NCBI GenBank assembly: GCA_022705905.1
Contig: JAKJDO010000004.1
Span: 374 to 64,373 of the forward strand
DNA from: Patescibacteria group bacterium
Lineage (GTDB): Bacteria > Patescibacteriota > Patescibacteriia > Patescibacteriales > UBA12075
Direction: 5' to 3'
DNA: 64,000 nucleotides
In this document: piece by piece, positions 36,158 through 46,367 of the stretch
How the letters are laid out: every line of letters starts with the position of its first letter
Numbering within the stretch: position 1 is the stretch's first letter
Notes under the pieces: model-generated
Databases searched by the model: none
What the model was told of the DNA's origin: nothing
Seen by the model: the letters and a program-made list of their open reading frames with translations, nothing else
Position numbers and translations under genes: made by a program

Positions 36158-36868
36158 ATGGAAGAAACTTTTTATACCGGGGCGATAATTTTAAAGCGTT
36201 CGCCCTGGCGAGAAAACGACAGTAAGGTGATTGTTTATAGTTTGGAAAAAGGTAAATTAGAATTAGTAGCACGTGGTACAAAAAAGATTTTATCAAAATT
36301 AGCCAGTCATCTTGAACCAATAACTTTATCAGATCTGATGGTAATAAAAGGACGGCAAGTGAATTATGTCGGTACGGCTATAAGCGAAGAAAGTTTTCAA
36401 TCGATCAAAGGTAGTCTAGAAAAAATATTTTTAGTCGGTGAGACCATAAATTTGTTTAACTCTTTAGTAAAAGAGCAGGAACCGGATCCGCAACTTTTTT
36501 ACCTGTTGCGGGATTTTTTATTTTTAGTAAATGACAACGAAGAAGCGGAGTTGTTTGATGTTGCTTTTAAAATTAAACTAATTGAGATTTTGGGATACTC
36601 TCCTAATTTTAATAGCTGTATTATCTGCGGACAGAATAATGCTAAGCAAAGTTTTATTTTTGATTTTGTTAAAGGCGGAATAGTGTGCGAACAGTGCAAG
36701 GCGCATATTAGTAAAAATATTCAAACTTTAAATCTTGCTTTAGTCGATAATTACAAAAAAATTTCCAGCTTAGAGATAAAAAATATTGCCAGTCCACATT
36801 TACCAGAAACAGACAGAGAAAAGTTGAAAAAGTTTTTAAGTAATTATATTTTGGCTAATATTAAATAA
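36158..36868 (+). CDS. recO: DNA repair protein RecO
   Basis: OB-fold N-terminus (AIILKRSPWRENDSKVIVYSLEKGKLELVARG) and Cys4 zinc motif (CIICG...CEQCK). Confidence 0.85.
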   Translation: MEETFYTGAIILKRSPWRENDSKVIVYSLEKGKLELVARGTKKILSKLASHLEPITLSDLMVIKGRQVNYVGTAISEESFQSIKGSLEKIFLVGETINLFNSLVKEQEPDPQLFYLLRDFLFLVNDNEEAELFDVAFKIKLIEILGYSPNFNSCIICGQNNAKQSFIFDFVKGGIVCEQCKAHISKNIQTLNLALVDNYKKISSLEIKNIASPHLPETDREKLKKFLSNYILANIK

Positions 36869-36871
36869 TAA

Positions 36872-36900
36872 TTGACTTTTAATTAGAAATGGATTAAGAT
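36872..36900 (+). promoter_or_regulatory. Candidate promoter TTGACT-17-TAAGAT for the 914-aa gene
   Basis: Spacing is exactly 17 nt; ~90 nt upstream of the SD-led ATG at 36992. Confidence 0.45.
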
Positions 36901-36991
36901 AAAATGAATAAAAAAGGTGGGAAAACAACTTAGAATGTTTTTTGATCTTTGACACCAAAAAAACAATCCCTTTGATGAGGAGGAGATAGAA

Positions 36992-39736
36992 ATGACAATA
37001 CTTGATAGGTATGACTTTAATATAGGACTAATAATAAGCGGCTTGGTTTGTTCGTGCTGTGCCAAGAGAGATAAAGATCGCAGTTCGTCAATGGAAAAAA
37101 TGATTGAGATCATTTTCCCGAGAATCATTCGATCAGGCGGCGTTGAAATAGCCAGGGGAGATCTGCGCGTATCTACTAGTGATCTTCGCCACTCTAACTG
37201 TATTTTTTTTGAGGACTGCTGTTATTTTGCAGCCGAGGAAGTCCACACAGACGTTTTTATATGCCTTGGTTGTCCTTTTCAGAGAATAAAAGTAGTCGAT
37301 AAGGACGTCGACAAGGCGAGAAGGCTATATTGGAATAGAAGGGCGGATCGTAGCATGAAGGCGTTTACTTCCGAGGTAATGCAGATAATCGAAAACGGCA
37401 AAATAATTAGCGTGGATCAAAAAGATTCTCGCATCAAGACCATTAGAGAGTGCATCAAAGTCAATCTAGAGAAGTTTTTGATCGCAGACGGCGACCTGAG
37501 AAAAATTGAAGGTTCTGGATTAATAATTGATATGGTTCGCGCCAAGAATCAAAAAGGGGAAAAAGCAGCAATCTTCAGAATTCAAAACAAGAGGTTGCTG
37601 TCTATTCCTATCGACGATGGTACAAGCACAGATGCTCAAGAACGAGATACGAGCATCTTGGCAACTGCCATCAGATCAATCCTGAGAACTAAGCAGGAAG
37701 ATTGTTGCTCCAGTAAAAAAAGCGAAAGATTTGCTTTTGTCTTGGGAGGATTACTTATCCCCGGACTAGAGACCCCTCAAGACATCGCCGGGAAAGTGTG
37801 CGCCGATTTAATGAGTCTGTGCCCTGATTTAGACATTGACATTTTGAGCGATAAAGAACTAGCGGAAGAGCTGGTACGAAGAGAACAAGCTCAATCCGAC
37901 ATAGTCATTGACGAAGCTAGTGAAGATGGAGATGAAGCAGAGCCAGAAACAGCGCCAGAAACAGATGAACAAATTGTATCCCAAGATCAAGGACGCGATC
38001 TACCGCCAAAACAGGATGAATGCCCCCGAGAGCTTCCTTCTCCAAAGTTAGATGAAGTCGTTCAAGAGATCATACAACCAGGAGATGAAAAAGCATCCTC
38101 GTTTGTTATCCCGTCAAGATTCAAGATCGTTCCTATTGAAGATGAAAGTTTGCTTACTGACGCCTGGATTTCTTCAAAGGCTAAGTATGACGACCTTTCC
38201 TTGGCGTCCGGCAACAAGAGAAGTAACTTTGTTATATTCATTGGAAACAGCAATGATGACATTGAGTTGTCTCTCACAGAGAGGCATATGGATTGCCTGG
38301 CTACAGAATTCTCGTGGCTTACCGGAGTCGAGCTACGAGTTGACATTGTAGTAGACAATGTTTTTGGCGAAAGAGAAATGTGGAAGATCTATAGAAACGT
38401 AACCTTAGAACAGCTCTCCAAAATCATGGCCGACTCTTATCAGAAGACCGAACGGCAGGTGTCGTGGTGCTCTTTGCATCCAAAGACGAAGAAGTCGAAA
38501 GTGGCAAAGGAGCGGAGGAGTCGAAAGAAGTCTACTCCAACTTTTTCGCCTGCAGATCCAGCCATTTGGGAGAAGCTCGATTCTACTATCAGCTATTTCA
38601 TCCAAAGATTTTCAGGAAAGAAGAAAGGCCGGCAAGACTTTGTTCTCATCATCAACGGTGCCAGGTACGACCTTCAAAGCATTGATCGGCGGACAGCCAG
38701 ATGTATTGACATGGCAAGCCAAGAGATTCTGGGAGAAAAAATTCAGCTGCTTAGTGTCAACCATAACGGCAAGCTAGTACCTATCGCAACCAAGGAAGGC
38801 GGCATAGTCGGCCGTGAAGTCAACTGCTACCTGTATCCAAAAACGAAGAAGCCAAAAGCAGTAAAGGAGCCAGTCAGCAGAAAAAGGTCTGTCCCTACTT
38901 TCTTATCTGCAGATCCAGCTATCCAGGAAAGGCTTAACCCTGTTATCAACTATTTTACTCGGAGATTTTCTGGAAAAGAGAAAAACAAGCAGGATTTCAC
39001 TCTCGTCATCAACGGTACCGGGTATGAACTTCAGAATGTCGATATGCGAACAGCTAGATGTATTAAGATGGCCGTTGAGTTAAAGCTAGAATCTGACGTT
39101 AGGCTGTTTAGCATCAATAAAATCGGCAAACTGGCGGCGATTAAAGTTAGCGGTTATAGCGTCCGGCGTGAAGTAGAGAAATACTTGCATCCGGAGGAGA
39201 AGAAACTGAAGATCGTGAAGGGGCGAGTAGACAGAAAAAAGTTCGTTTCAACCTTTTTGCCCGCAGACCCCACTGTTCAGGAGCAGCTCAGTCCCATCAT
39301 CTTTTACTTCACCCAGAATACCTTTGGTAAAGAAAGCGGTAAACGTGACTTTGTCCTTGTCATCAACTGCGCCAGGTATGATCTGAAGGACACCAACAGA
39401 AAAGTAGCCAGATGCATTAAGTTAGCCGTCGAGGCAAAACTAGCAACTGACATCAAGTTGTTTAGTGTCAATAAGACAAGCAAACTAGTGTCGATCGAAG
39501 CTAAGGGCAACGGTGTCCAACGGGAGGTGGAGCGCTACCTGCATCCGAAGCCGAGGAAGTCGAAGGAAAAAAAACAAGGTCGACTTAAGACCGAGTTTAT
39601 CATTGTTTCTGGAGGGGTCAGGTCAAGCTATTTCAGTTTGAGTGAAATGACCAAGGTGCTGCGCGCAGTATGCAAGGCGAGGGAAATCAGCCAGGTCATA
39701 GTGGCTATTAAACCTATGGCAAAACCTGTAATTTGA
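36992..39736 (+). CDS. Large orphan protein (914 aa) built from tandem ~118-aa modules, unknown function
   Basis: SD GAGGAGGAG. Three full in-frame repeats at 38477-38833, 38834-39187 and 39188-39541, plus degenerate copies on both sides. GC-elevated. No recognised domain. Confidence 0.8.
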   Translation: MTILDRYDFNIGLIISGLVCSCCAKRDKDRSSSMEKMIEIIFPRIIRSGGVEIARGDLRVSTSDLRHSNCIFFEDCCYFAAEEVHTDVFICLGCPFQRIKVVDKDVDKARRLYWNRRADRSMKAFTSEVMQIIENGKIISVDQKDSRIKTIRECIKVNLEKFLIADGDLRKIEGSGLIIDMVRAKNQKGEKAAIFRIQNKRLLSIPIDDGTSTDAQERDTSILATAIRSILRTKQEDCCSSKKSERFAFVLGGLLIPGLETPQDIAGKVCADLMSLCPDLDIDILSDKELAEELVRREQAQSDIVIDEASEDGDEAEPETAPETDEQIVSQDQGRDLPPKQDECPRELPSPKLDEVVQEIIQPGDEKASSFVIPSRFKIVPIEDESLLTDAWISSKAKYDDLSLASGNKRSNFVIFIGNSNDDIELSLTERHMDCLATEFSWLTGVELRVDIVVDNVFGEREMWKIYRNVTLEQLSKIMADSYQKTERQVSWCSLHPKTKKSKVAKERRSRKKSTPTFSPADPAIWEKLDSTISYFIQRFSGKKKGRQDFVLIINGARYDLQSIDRRTARCIDMASQEILGEKIQLLSVNHNGKLVPIATKEGGIVGREVNCYLYPKTKKPKAVKEPVSRKRSVPTFLSADPAIQERLNPVINYFTRRFSGKEKNKQDFTLVINGTGYELQNVDMRTARCIKMAVELKLESDVRLFSINKIGKLAAIKVSGYSVRREVEKYLHPEEKKLKIVKGRVDRKKFVSTFLPADPTVQEQLSPIIFYFTQNTFGKESGKRDFVLVINCARYDLKDTNRKVARCIKLAVEAKLATDIKLFSVNKTSKLVSIEAKGNGVQREVERYLHPKPRKSKEKKQGRLKTEFIIVSGGVRSSYFSLSEMTKVLRAVCKAREISQVIVAIKPMAKPVI

Positions 39737-39759
39737 ATAAAATTGTTATAAGTTGCATT

Positions 39760-39790
39760 GAGACGGACAATATTTGCCCGTCTTTTTTTA
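39760..39790 (+). terminator. Rho-independent terminator of the 914-aa gene
   Basis: AGACGG...CCGTCT hairpin followed by T7. Confidence 0.7.
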
Positions 39791-40046
39791 TTGACTGAAT
39801 ATTTATTTTGTATTATTATTAAAAATAACAGCCAACAAAGCCGTTTGATCTCAGTAGACACTGAGAGAGGCACAGGAAGAAATCTCTAATATTAGGGAAA
39901 TTAGAACCTGTCGGGTTAGCCCGTTACAGCTTTTTAAAAGAAGAGTCTCGTTCTAACGGGGAACAAGGGTGGCACCGCGGATGTATAACAACGTTCGTCC
40001 CTATGCATTACTATATTTAGTAGTGTTTAGAGATGAACGTTTTTTA
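39791..40046 (+). promoter_or_regulatory. T-box leader (promoter TTGACT-17-TATTAT, Stem I elements, F-box, T-box sequence, terminator) controlling aspS-asnS
   Basis: AGTA and GAGAGA boxes at 39853-39868, CCGTTA F-box near 39921, T-box AACAAGGGTGGCACCGCG at 39962-39979, and a 14-bp terminator stem plus T6 at 39990-40046. Confidence 0.8.
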
Positions 40047-40063
40047 TTATTTAATCTAAAAAT

Positions 40064-41413
40064 ATGTATTTAACTTCTTTTGAAGCAACAAGCCAAATTG
40101 GCAAAGAAATAACTCTAAAAGGATGGGTTAACGCACGACGTGATATGGGTAAGGTTGTCTTTTTTGATTTGCGTGATCGAGCTGGTATCATCCAAGTTGT
40201 GGGCGTACCTTCAGAGTTGGATGAAGGTTCGCAAGTTAACATGAAAGAAGCTCGACCGGAATGGGTTTTAGAAATTAAAGGAGTTGTGCAAGAGCGCGGT
40301 GCTAAACAAAGAAATCCCAACATGCCAACAGGTGATATTGAAGTATTGGCAAAAGAGATTAAAGTTCTAGCTAAAGCCGAACCGTTGCCATTAGATTTAG
40401 AAGATGAAAAAATGGGGCTCGATGTTTATCTTGATCATTTACCAATTACTTTACGTACCGCTAAAGCCCGGGCTTTATTTAAGACACAGGCGGAAATTGC
40501 TGAGGCCTTCCGTGCTTTTATGCGCTCCAAAGGTTTTACAGAAATTCAGGCACCAAAAATTGTCGGCGAATCAACCGAAGGCGGTGCTAATGTTTTTACG
40601 ATTGATTATTTTGGCACCAAAGCTTTTTTAGGTCAGAGTCCACAGTTTTACAAACAAATTATGGTTGGAGTTTTTGAGCGTGTTTTTTCTGTCGGCAATG
40701 TTTATCGTGCCGAAGAACATTCAACCAGCCGTCATATCAATGAATATACCAGTCTGGATATGGAAATGGGTATGATTAGAAACCATACGGATATTATGGA
40801 AATAGAAACAGAATTATTAAAATATATTGTCGAGCATTTAAAGAAGACTGTGCCTGACGAATTAAAAGTTTTAAATTTTGTCGAGCCATTGCTTCCAGAA
40901 AAAATTCCGGCTCTGAAACTTAGAGAGGTTCAAGAAATCATTAAAAAAGAAACTGGCGCTGATCACACCAATGAGCCAGATTTAGAACCAAGCGAAGAGC
41001 GTTGGATTTGCGAATATGTAAAAGAGAAATTCGATTCCGATTTTATTTTCGTAACCCATTATCCGACTTCAAAAAGACCAATGTATACTTATCCAGACGA
41101 AACCGATCCAGAATTTACTAAAAGTTTTGACTTATTATTCCGCGGCATTGAAATTACAACTGGCGGCCAACGTATTAATGATTACGAACAGTTAGTCGGC
41201 AATATTAAAAAGTGGGGAATGAATCCGGACGATTTTAAGTTCTATCTAGAAGCATTTAAATATGGTATGCCGCCAGAAGGAGGGCTGGGTATGGGCCTAG
41301 AAAGATTGACTGCCAAACTATTTAATATAGACAATGTTAAAGAGGCAACACTTTTCCCGCGCGACTTAAATCGTATTGATTTACAAATTTCCTTGCCTGA
41401 CGATAAAAAATAA
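40064..41413 (+). CDS. aspS: Aspartate--tRNA ligase, short (archaeal/eukaryal-like, no GAD insertion) form
   Basis: OB-fold N-terminus ([24 protein letters not shown]), class II motifs ([21 protein letters not shown]); 449 aa. Confidence 0.9.
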   Translation: MYLTSFEATSQIGKEITLKGWVNARRDMGKVVFFDLRDRAGIIQVVGVPSELDEGSQVNMKEARPEWVLEIKGVVQERGAKQRNPNMPTGDIEVLAKEIKVLAKAEPLPLDLEDEKMGLDVYLDHLPITLRTAKARALFKTQAEIAEAFRAFMRSKGFTEIQAPKIVGESTEGGANVFTIDYFGTKAFLGQSPQFYKQIMVGVFERVFSVGNVYRAEEHSTSRHINEYTSLDMEMGMIRNHTDIMEIETELLKYIVEHLKKTVPDELKVLNFVEPLLPEKIPALKLREVQEIIKKETGADHTNEPDLEPSEERWICEYVKEKFDSDFIFVTHYPTSKRPMYTYPDETDPEFTKSFDLLFRGIEITTGGQRINDYEQLVGNIKKWGMNPDDFKFYLEAFKYGMPPEGGLGMGLERLTAKLFNIDNVKEATLFPRDLNRIDLQISLPDDKK

Positions 41414-41417
41414 TAAT

Positions 41418-42809
41418 ATGAAAAAAATAACAGTAAAACAAATCTTTAAAGAAAAAGAAAAATATATCGATCAAGAAGTTGTTATTAATGGTTGGGTGCG
41501 GACATTGCGCTCATCCAAGAATTTTGGTTTTATAGAACTGAACGACGGTACATTTTTCAAAAGCATACAGGTTGTCTTTGCAGATAAACTAAAGAACTTT
41601 GATGATATAGCTAAAACAACTATCGGTTCGTCTTTAGTAGTTGAAGGTAAACTCATAAAATCTCCGGCTGAGGGTCAAGAATTTGAAATTCAAGCTAGTA
41701 AAATTGAAGTGGTTGGTTTAGCTGATGCAGATTATCCCTTGCAAAAGAAAAAACATTCTTTTGAATTTTTGCGTACCATTGCTCATTTACGCAGTCGTAG
41801 TAATACTTTTTCTGCTGTCTTTCGCGTGTCGTCGAAATTAGAATATGCTATCCACAAGTTTTTTCAGGAGCGTGACTTTGTCTACATCCATTCACCGATT
41901 ATAACAGCCAGCGATTGTGAAGGTGCTGGTGAGATGTTTCAGATTACGACTTTAGATCTAAATAAATTACCCAAAAATGATAAAGGCGAAGTAGATTTAA
42001 AAGAAGATTTTTTCGGTAAACGAGCTGGTCTAACAGTTAGCGGTCAATTAAATGCAGAGACGATGGCTATGGCTTTTCAAAAAGTTTATACATTTGGGCC
42101 GACTTTCCGCGCTGAAAATTCAAATACCACCAGGCATGTGGCTGAATTTTGGATGTTGGAGCCAGAAATGGCTTTTGCCGATTTGGAAGATGATATGCAT
42201 CTGGCCGAAGAAATGATAAAATATTTAGTAGATTATATCCTGACCGAATGTCCGGAAGAGATGGAGTTTTTTAATAAATTTATCGAGCCGACATTATTGG
42301 AGCGTTTACATAATTTGCGCACAGCTGAATTTAAAAAGATGACTTACACTGAAGCGATTAATATTTTAGAAAAAGCTGATGTAAAATTTGAAGTGCCGGT
42401 TAAGTGGGGAATTGATTTACAGACTGAACACGAACGTTATTTGACTGATAAAGTAGTGAAAGGACCGGTGTTTGTGACGGATTATCCAAAAGAATTTAAA
42501 GCTTTTTATATGCGCCTGAACGATGACAAAAAAACAGTAGCTGCAGTTGATTTACTTGTCCCGGGCGTTGGTGAAATTATTGGTGGTAGTCAAAGAGAAG
42601 AAAGACTAGATGTTCTAAAAGCTAGAATGAAGGAATGCGGAATTAAAGAGGAGGATTTAGAGTGGTATTTAGACACACGTCGTTTTGGTGGAGCGCCACA
42701 CGCTGGTTTCGGTCTCGGTTTTGAACGAGCATTAATGTATTTAACCGGTATGGCGAATATCCGCGACGTTATTCCTTTTCCGCGGACACCGAAGAATGTT
42801 GATTTCTAA
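41418..42809 (+). CDS. asnS: Asparagine--tRNA ligase
   Basis: [52 protein letters not shown] motifs. ATG at 41418 preferred over the overlapping 41376 start. Confidence 0.9.
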   Translation: MKKITVKQIFKEKEKYIDQEVVINGWVRTLRSSKNFGFIELNDGTFFKSIQVVFADKLKNFDDIAKTTIGSSLVVEGKLIKSPAEGQEFEIQASKIEVVGLADADYPLQKKKHSFEFLRTIAHLRSRSNTFSAVFRVSSKLEYAIHKFFQERDFVYIHSPIITASDCEGAGEMFQITTLDLNKLPKNDKGEVDLKEDFFGKRAGLTVSGQLNAETMAMAFQKVYTFGPTFRAENSNTTRHVAEFWMLEPEMAFADLEDDMHLAEEMIKYLVDYILTECPEEMEFFNKFIEPTLLERLHNLRTAEFKKMTYTEAINILEKADVKFEVPVKWGIDLQTEHERYLTDKVVKGPVFVTDYPKEFKAFYMRLNDDKKTVAAVDLLVPGVGEIIGGSQREERLDVLKARMKECGIKEEDLEWYLDTRRFGGAPHAGFGLGFERALMYLTGMANIRDVIPFPRTPKNVDF

Positions 42810-42860
42810 CTTGTTTTTAAGGAAATTAAGATAAAATTAATTAATAATTAAATAAAAAAT

Positions 42861-43799
42861 ATGGAAAAAAATAGTTCGGCAAAGTTTTCGTTTTACTACC
42901 TATTGTCGTTGGTGGCATTGCTGTTTACCTCAATTTCTGTCGGCATTGTCATTTTTCAAACGATCAATAAATACGTCACTGATGTACTAAATCAATACAG
43001 CGGCACTTTTTCTCAAGACGCTTTAAAGTTCGCGATCTCGGCTTTAATTATTGCTGCCCCAATCTTTTTCGTTACTACTCGATTAATTTATAAAAGTTTA
43101 GTTAACGGCAACCTAGACAAAGATTCAGCTGTACGTCGCTGGCTAACCTATTTTGTTTTACTAGTGTCAGCCGTAGTAATGATTGTTTGGTTGATTACTA
43201 CTATTAATAGTTACCTGAACGGAGAATTAACCCTTAAAGCTATTTTAAAAACTATTACTGTTCTCGCTATTGCTGCTAGTATTTTTAGTTATTATTTGTA
43301 TGATATAAAAAGAGAGGTTGTGACAGACAAAAAAGATAAGATTGTGTTATCTTATTTCTATGCTACTTTAGTCGTCGTGATTGGCGTCTTTATTTGGTCT
43401 CTGTTTATTGTTGAATCGCCAACTGCCACGAGAAATAGGATAATGGATAATAATGTTCTCAATAATTTTGACACCATCAACAATGCCATAAATGATTATT
43501 ATTATAAATATAAAAAATTACCCGACGATTTAGAAATGTTAAAAGATACTCAGGCATATTTGACCAATAGCAACCTCCAAGATCCGGCAACAAAAGTTCG
43601 ATTTGATTATAAAATAAAGAGTGGTAATGAATACGAGCTTTGCGCGACTTTTAAAGCTTCAAATAAAAATCAGACAGATATGTCTTATGTTTATTTGAAA
43701 GACCGTTGGCCGCATGACGCCGGTTATCAATGTTTAAGCCAGAAAGTTACAGATATAAAAGGTGCAGTGGAAAATAAAGCAGTTAACCCTATTCAATAA
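42861..43799 (+). CDS. Multi-TM membrane protein with pseudopilin-like C-terminal globule (DUF5671-like)
   Basis: 5-6 TMs followed by ...INDYYYKYKKLPDDL...YELCATF..., typical of CPR membrane ORFans. Confidence 0.5.
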   Translation: MEKNSSAKFSFYYLLSLVALLFTSISVGIVIFQTINKYVTDVLNQYSGTFSQDALKFAISALIIAAPIFFVTTRLIYKSLVNGNLDKDSAVRRWLTYFVLLVSAVVMIVWLITTINSYLNGELTLKAILKTITVLAIAASIFSYYLYDIKREVVTDKKDKIVLSYFYATLVVVIGVFIWSLFIVESPTATRNRIMDNNVLNNFDTINNAINDYYYKYKKLPDDLEMLKDTQAYLTNSNLQDPATKVRFDYKIKSGNEYELCATFKASNKNQTDMSYVYLKDRWPHDAGYQCLSQKVTDIKGAVENKAVNPIQ

Positions 43800-43933
43800 A
43801 AATAGATTCTTGACTAAAGTTAGCATTAAGTGTTAAGCTAGTTTTTATAGTTTTTGCTCTTTGTTTTTTTAGTGGGTAATAACGGCCATCTTTATTTGGC
43901 CGAAAATATTATAGCAGAAGGAGGGTTCACGGA

Positions 43934-44272
43934 ATGGCGGACGGTTTGTCATTGGCTGGAGCGGGGAGGAATGTTCTCAAAGGACGGTATCCTAATGATG
44001 TACAGCGGGGGATAATAGCTAAGCTTGTAAGCGCATGTCCCGACATTAAGTGTCCGGGGACTGTTCCGTTTGATAGCTTGTTGGCCATTAAGGCCCTGGA
44101 TAGACTGCGCGATGGTCAGAGGAGAAACGTGCTGATCTCTGAATTGCGCGATCTGGTTTCAAAAGGCAAGGCCAGACAGAAAGGTGCTGCAGTCGGACTG
44201 ACGACAGTTGAAGCAGCAGCGCTTTTCAAGACGTCTCTGGGGTCTACCAGCGGCAATGGCGGCGGTCAGTAA
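43934..44272 (+). CDS. GC-rich orphan protein, 112 aa
   Basis: SD GAAGGAGGG 8 nt upstream and its own terminator. Gly/Ala/Arg-rich. No family recognised. Confidence 0.55.
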   Translation: MADGLSLAGAGRNVLKGRYPNDVQRGIIAKLVSACPDIKCPGTVPFDSLLAIKALDRLRDGQRRNVLISELRDLVSKGKARQKGAAVGLTTVEAAALFKTSLGSTSGNGGGQ

Positions 44273-44318
44273 AACGCTGCATCGGACAAGACGAATCTTG
44301 ACTCTAAGTAGACACAAT

Positions 44319-44345
44319 GCCGGTTCAGAGAAGAACCGGCTTTTA
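44319..44345 (+). terminator. Rho-independent terminator of the 112-aa orphan
   Basis: GCCGGTTCagagaaGAACCGGC followed by TTTT. Confidence 0.8.
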
Positions 44346-44425
44346 ATTTTGCGTATAAGTTTAAATTAAGTTATAATATGTGTATAATAATAACAATAAT
44401 TATTTAATTTTTAACAATAAAATTT

Positions 44426-44995
44426 ATGGCTAAAAAGACAAAATTACCGCCAAAATTAGTTAAATATTTAGAGGAAGCAGGGATTAAGCATGAAATACTA
44501 GAGCATAGAACTGTTTATACGGCGCTTGATGTGGCTGCTACTATGAGGCGCAAGCTAAACGAGATTGCTAAGTCGCTTTTAGTAAAAGCTGACCAGGATT
44601 ATTATTTAGTGCTTCTGCCCGCCGATCATAATTTAGATTTTGAAAAATTAAAGAAGACTATCGGCAAAGCGCGTGGCAAAAAAGTGAAGGCTTTAAAAAT
44701 TCCTGGAGAAAAAATTGTAGAAAATGCTTTGAAGGCAAAAGTATTAGCTATTACTGCTTTTGGCAAATTGCACAAGTTGGCAGTAGTAATGGAAAGGAAA
44801 ATGGAGAAGGGCAAGAAAGCGATTTTTTCTGCTGGTAGCGCTAATCATTCGATTGAAATGGCAGTCAAAGATTTCATAAGGTTAGAAACCCCGATTTTAG
44901 GTAGCTTCGGTGTCAAAAGAAAAATAATAAAATCTAGTAAAAATAATATGGCCAAGAAGAAAGCCAAAAAAGCCAAAAAAGGTTGCAAAAAATAA
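44426..44995 (+). CDS. YbaK/EbsC/ProX-type aminoacyl-tRNA deacylase domain protein with Lys-rich tail
   Basis: YbaK-like core (HEILEHRTVYTALDVA...KSLLVK...) plus a C-terminal KKKAKKAKKG tail. Confidence 0.65.
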   Translation: MAKKTKLPPKLVKYLEEAGIKHEILEHRTVYTALDVAATMRRKLNEIAKSLLVKADQDYYLVLLPADHNLDFEKLKKTIGKARGKKVKALKIPGEKIVENALKAKVLAITAFGKLHKLAVVMERKMEKGKKAIFSAGSANHSIEMAVKDFIRLETPILGSFGVKRKIIKSSKNNMAKKKAKKAKKGCKK

Positions 44996-44998
44996 ACT

Positions 44999-45736
44999 AT
45001 GCTTAATTTTAAGCTGGAAAAGTTCGAAGGACCTTTGAGCTTACTTTTAAAATTGATTGAAAAAGAGGAGCTGGATATCACCCAAATTAGTTTGGCAAAA
45101 ATTGCCGATCAATATATTGATTATATCCGCACCTCACCCAATATTACGCCGGACAACATGGCTGATTTTTTATTAGTGGCTTCACGACTATTGCTGATTA
45201 AATCACGCGCTTTATTACCATATTTATATCCGGAAGAAGAAAAGGAGATCGAGGAACTAGAGGAACAGTTGCGTATGTATAAAGAATATGTAGAGGCCAT
45301 GAAAAAAATAAACGTGATGATCGGCAAAAAGAAATTTATGTTTGCGCGCGAGTTTAACCGCAAAGTGATCTTGGCTGAAGCTAATTTATTTTCACCGCCA
45401 AAAAATATAAAAGCCGAAGATTTAGCAATGATATTTGTTGATTTATTGACGCGCTTGCAACCGCCAGAAAAATTGGAGGAAGGAACGATTGACGATTTAA
45501 TAAAAATTGAAGATAAAATTTTATCTATCCAGAGAATGCTGGCCGACCGCATAATGTTAAGCTTTAATCAAATATTAGTTGAAGCTAAATCTAAGACTGA
45601 AATTATTGTCAGTTTTTTGGCGATGCTAGAATTAATGCGGCAAAAGGAAGTAAATTTGGTCCAGGAAGAATTATTTAGTGAGATTTTAATTAGTAAATAC
45701 GAAGAGACTTTGCGCGACGAAGGTGCAAATGTTTAG
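44999..45736 (+). CDS. scpA: Segregation and condensation protein A
   Basis: FEGPLSLLLKLIEKEELDITQISLAKIADQY N-terminal signature. Confidence 0.88.
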   Translation: MLNFKLEKFEGPLSLLLKLIEKEELDITQISLAKIADQYIDYIRTSPNITPDNMADFLLVASRLLLIKSRALLPYLYPEEEKEIEELEEQLRMYKEYVEAMKKINVMIGKKKFMFAREFNRKVILAEANLFSPPKNIKAEDLAMIFVDLLTRLQPPEKLEEGTIDDLIKIEDKILSIQRMLADRIMLSFNQILVEAKSKTEIIVSFLAMLELMRQKEVNLVQEELFSEILISKYEETLRDEGANV

Positions 45737-45765
45737 TTTTAAATTATAAATCAAAATTATTCAAT

Positions 45766-46362
45766 ATGTCGATCAAAGATAAAATAGAATCGTTGTTATT
45801 TATCGCCGCCAAACCAATGTCAATCAAGCAGTTAGCCGACTTAATTAATCAACCGGAAAGCGAGATAAAAAAGGCGGGTGACGAGCTAGAAGAAGAATAT
45901 AAAAGTAATAAACGAGGAGTTCAAATAATAAAAAATGGCAGTAAATACCAGATGGTTAGCTCGCCAGATAACGCTAGGCTTGTTCAAGAATTTATAAAAG
46001 ACGAAACTACCGGCGAGCTATCTCGACCCAGTTTAGAAACATTAACGATCATTGCTTATCGCGGTCCGATTACTAAAAGCGATCTAGACCATATTCGCGG
46101 TGTCAACTGTTCTTTGATTCTGCGCAATTTATTGATCCGCGGTTTGATTGAAGCTAAGTCTGATAAAAAGGGGGAAACTTATTATAACGTGACCTTTGAT
46201 TTTATTCGCTTTTTAGGAATCAACGATATTAACGAGTTGCCGGATTATGAAAAATTGAATAACGTTGAATCGATTAGCATAGCGCTGTCATCTGGGAACG
46301 AAATCGAAAAAAACAAGAGAAATTTATTTGGCGACGCAATAGATGGCGAAGGCAATAATTAA
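45766..46362 (+). CDS. scpB: Segregation and condensation protein B
   Basis: IESLLFIAAKPMSIKQLA...LSRPSLETLTIIAYRGPITKSDLDHIRGV winged-helix pair. Confidence 0.88.
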   Translation: MSIKDKIESLLFIAAKPMSIKQLADLINQPESEIKKAGDELEEEYKSNKRGVQIIKNGSKYQMVSSPDNARLVQEFIKDETTGELSRPSLETLTIIAYRGPITKSDLDHIRGVNCSLILRNLLIRGLIEAKSDKKGETYYNVTFDFIRFLGINDINELPDYEKLNNVESISIALSSGNEIEKNKRNLFGDAIDGEGNN

Positions 46363-46367
46363 TTATA

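Noticed and set aside
38477-39541. Regularly spaced ~355-nt repeats as a CRISPR or satellite array
   Set aside because: The period is 354-357 nt and in frame, within one continuous 2.7-kb ORF. The copies are diverged mainly at synonymous-type positions. These are protein modules, not repeat-spacer units. No CRISPR array is present anywhere in the window.
39628-40323. Minus-strand ORFs 39628..39873 and 40051..40323
   Set aside because: They overlap the terminator and T-box leader and the 5' end of aspS on the opposite strand. They have no start context.
41376-41417. Upstream start (41376) for asnS, the TTG start (6539) for the receiver, and the 54090 start for rlmH
   Set aside because: Each extension overlaps the preceding gene or adds non-conserved residues. 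The conserved family N-termini begin at the internal ATGs (41418, 6557, 54111).
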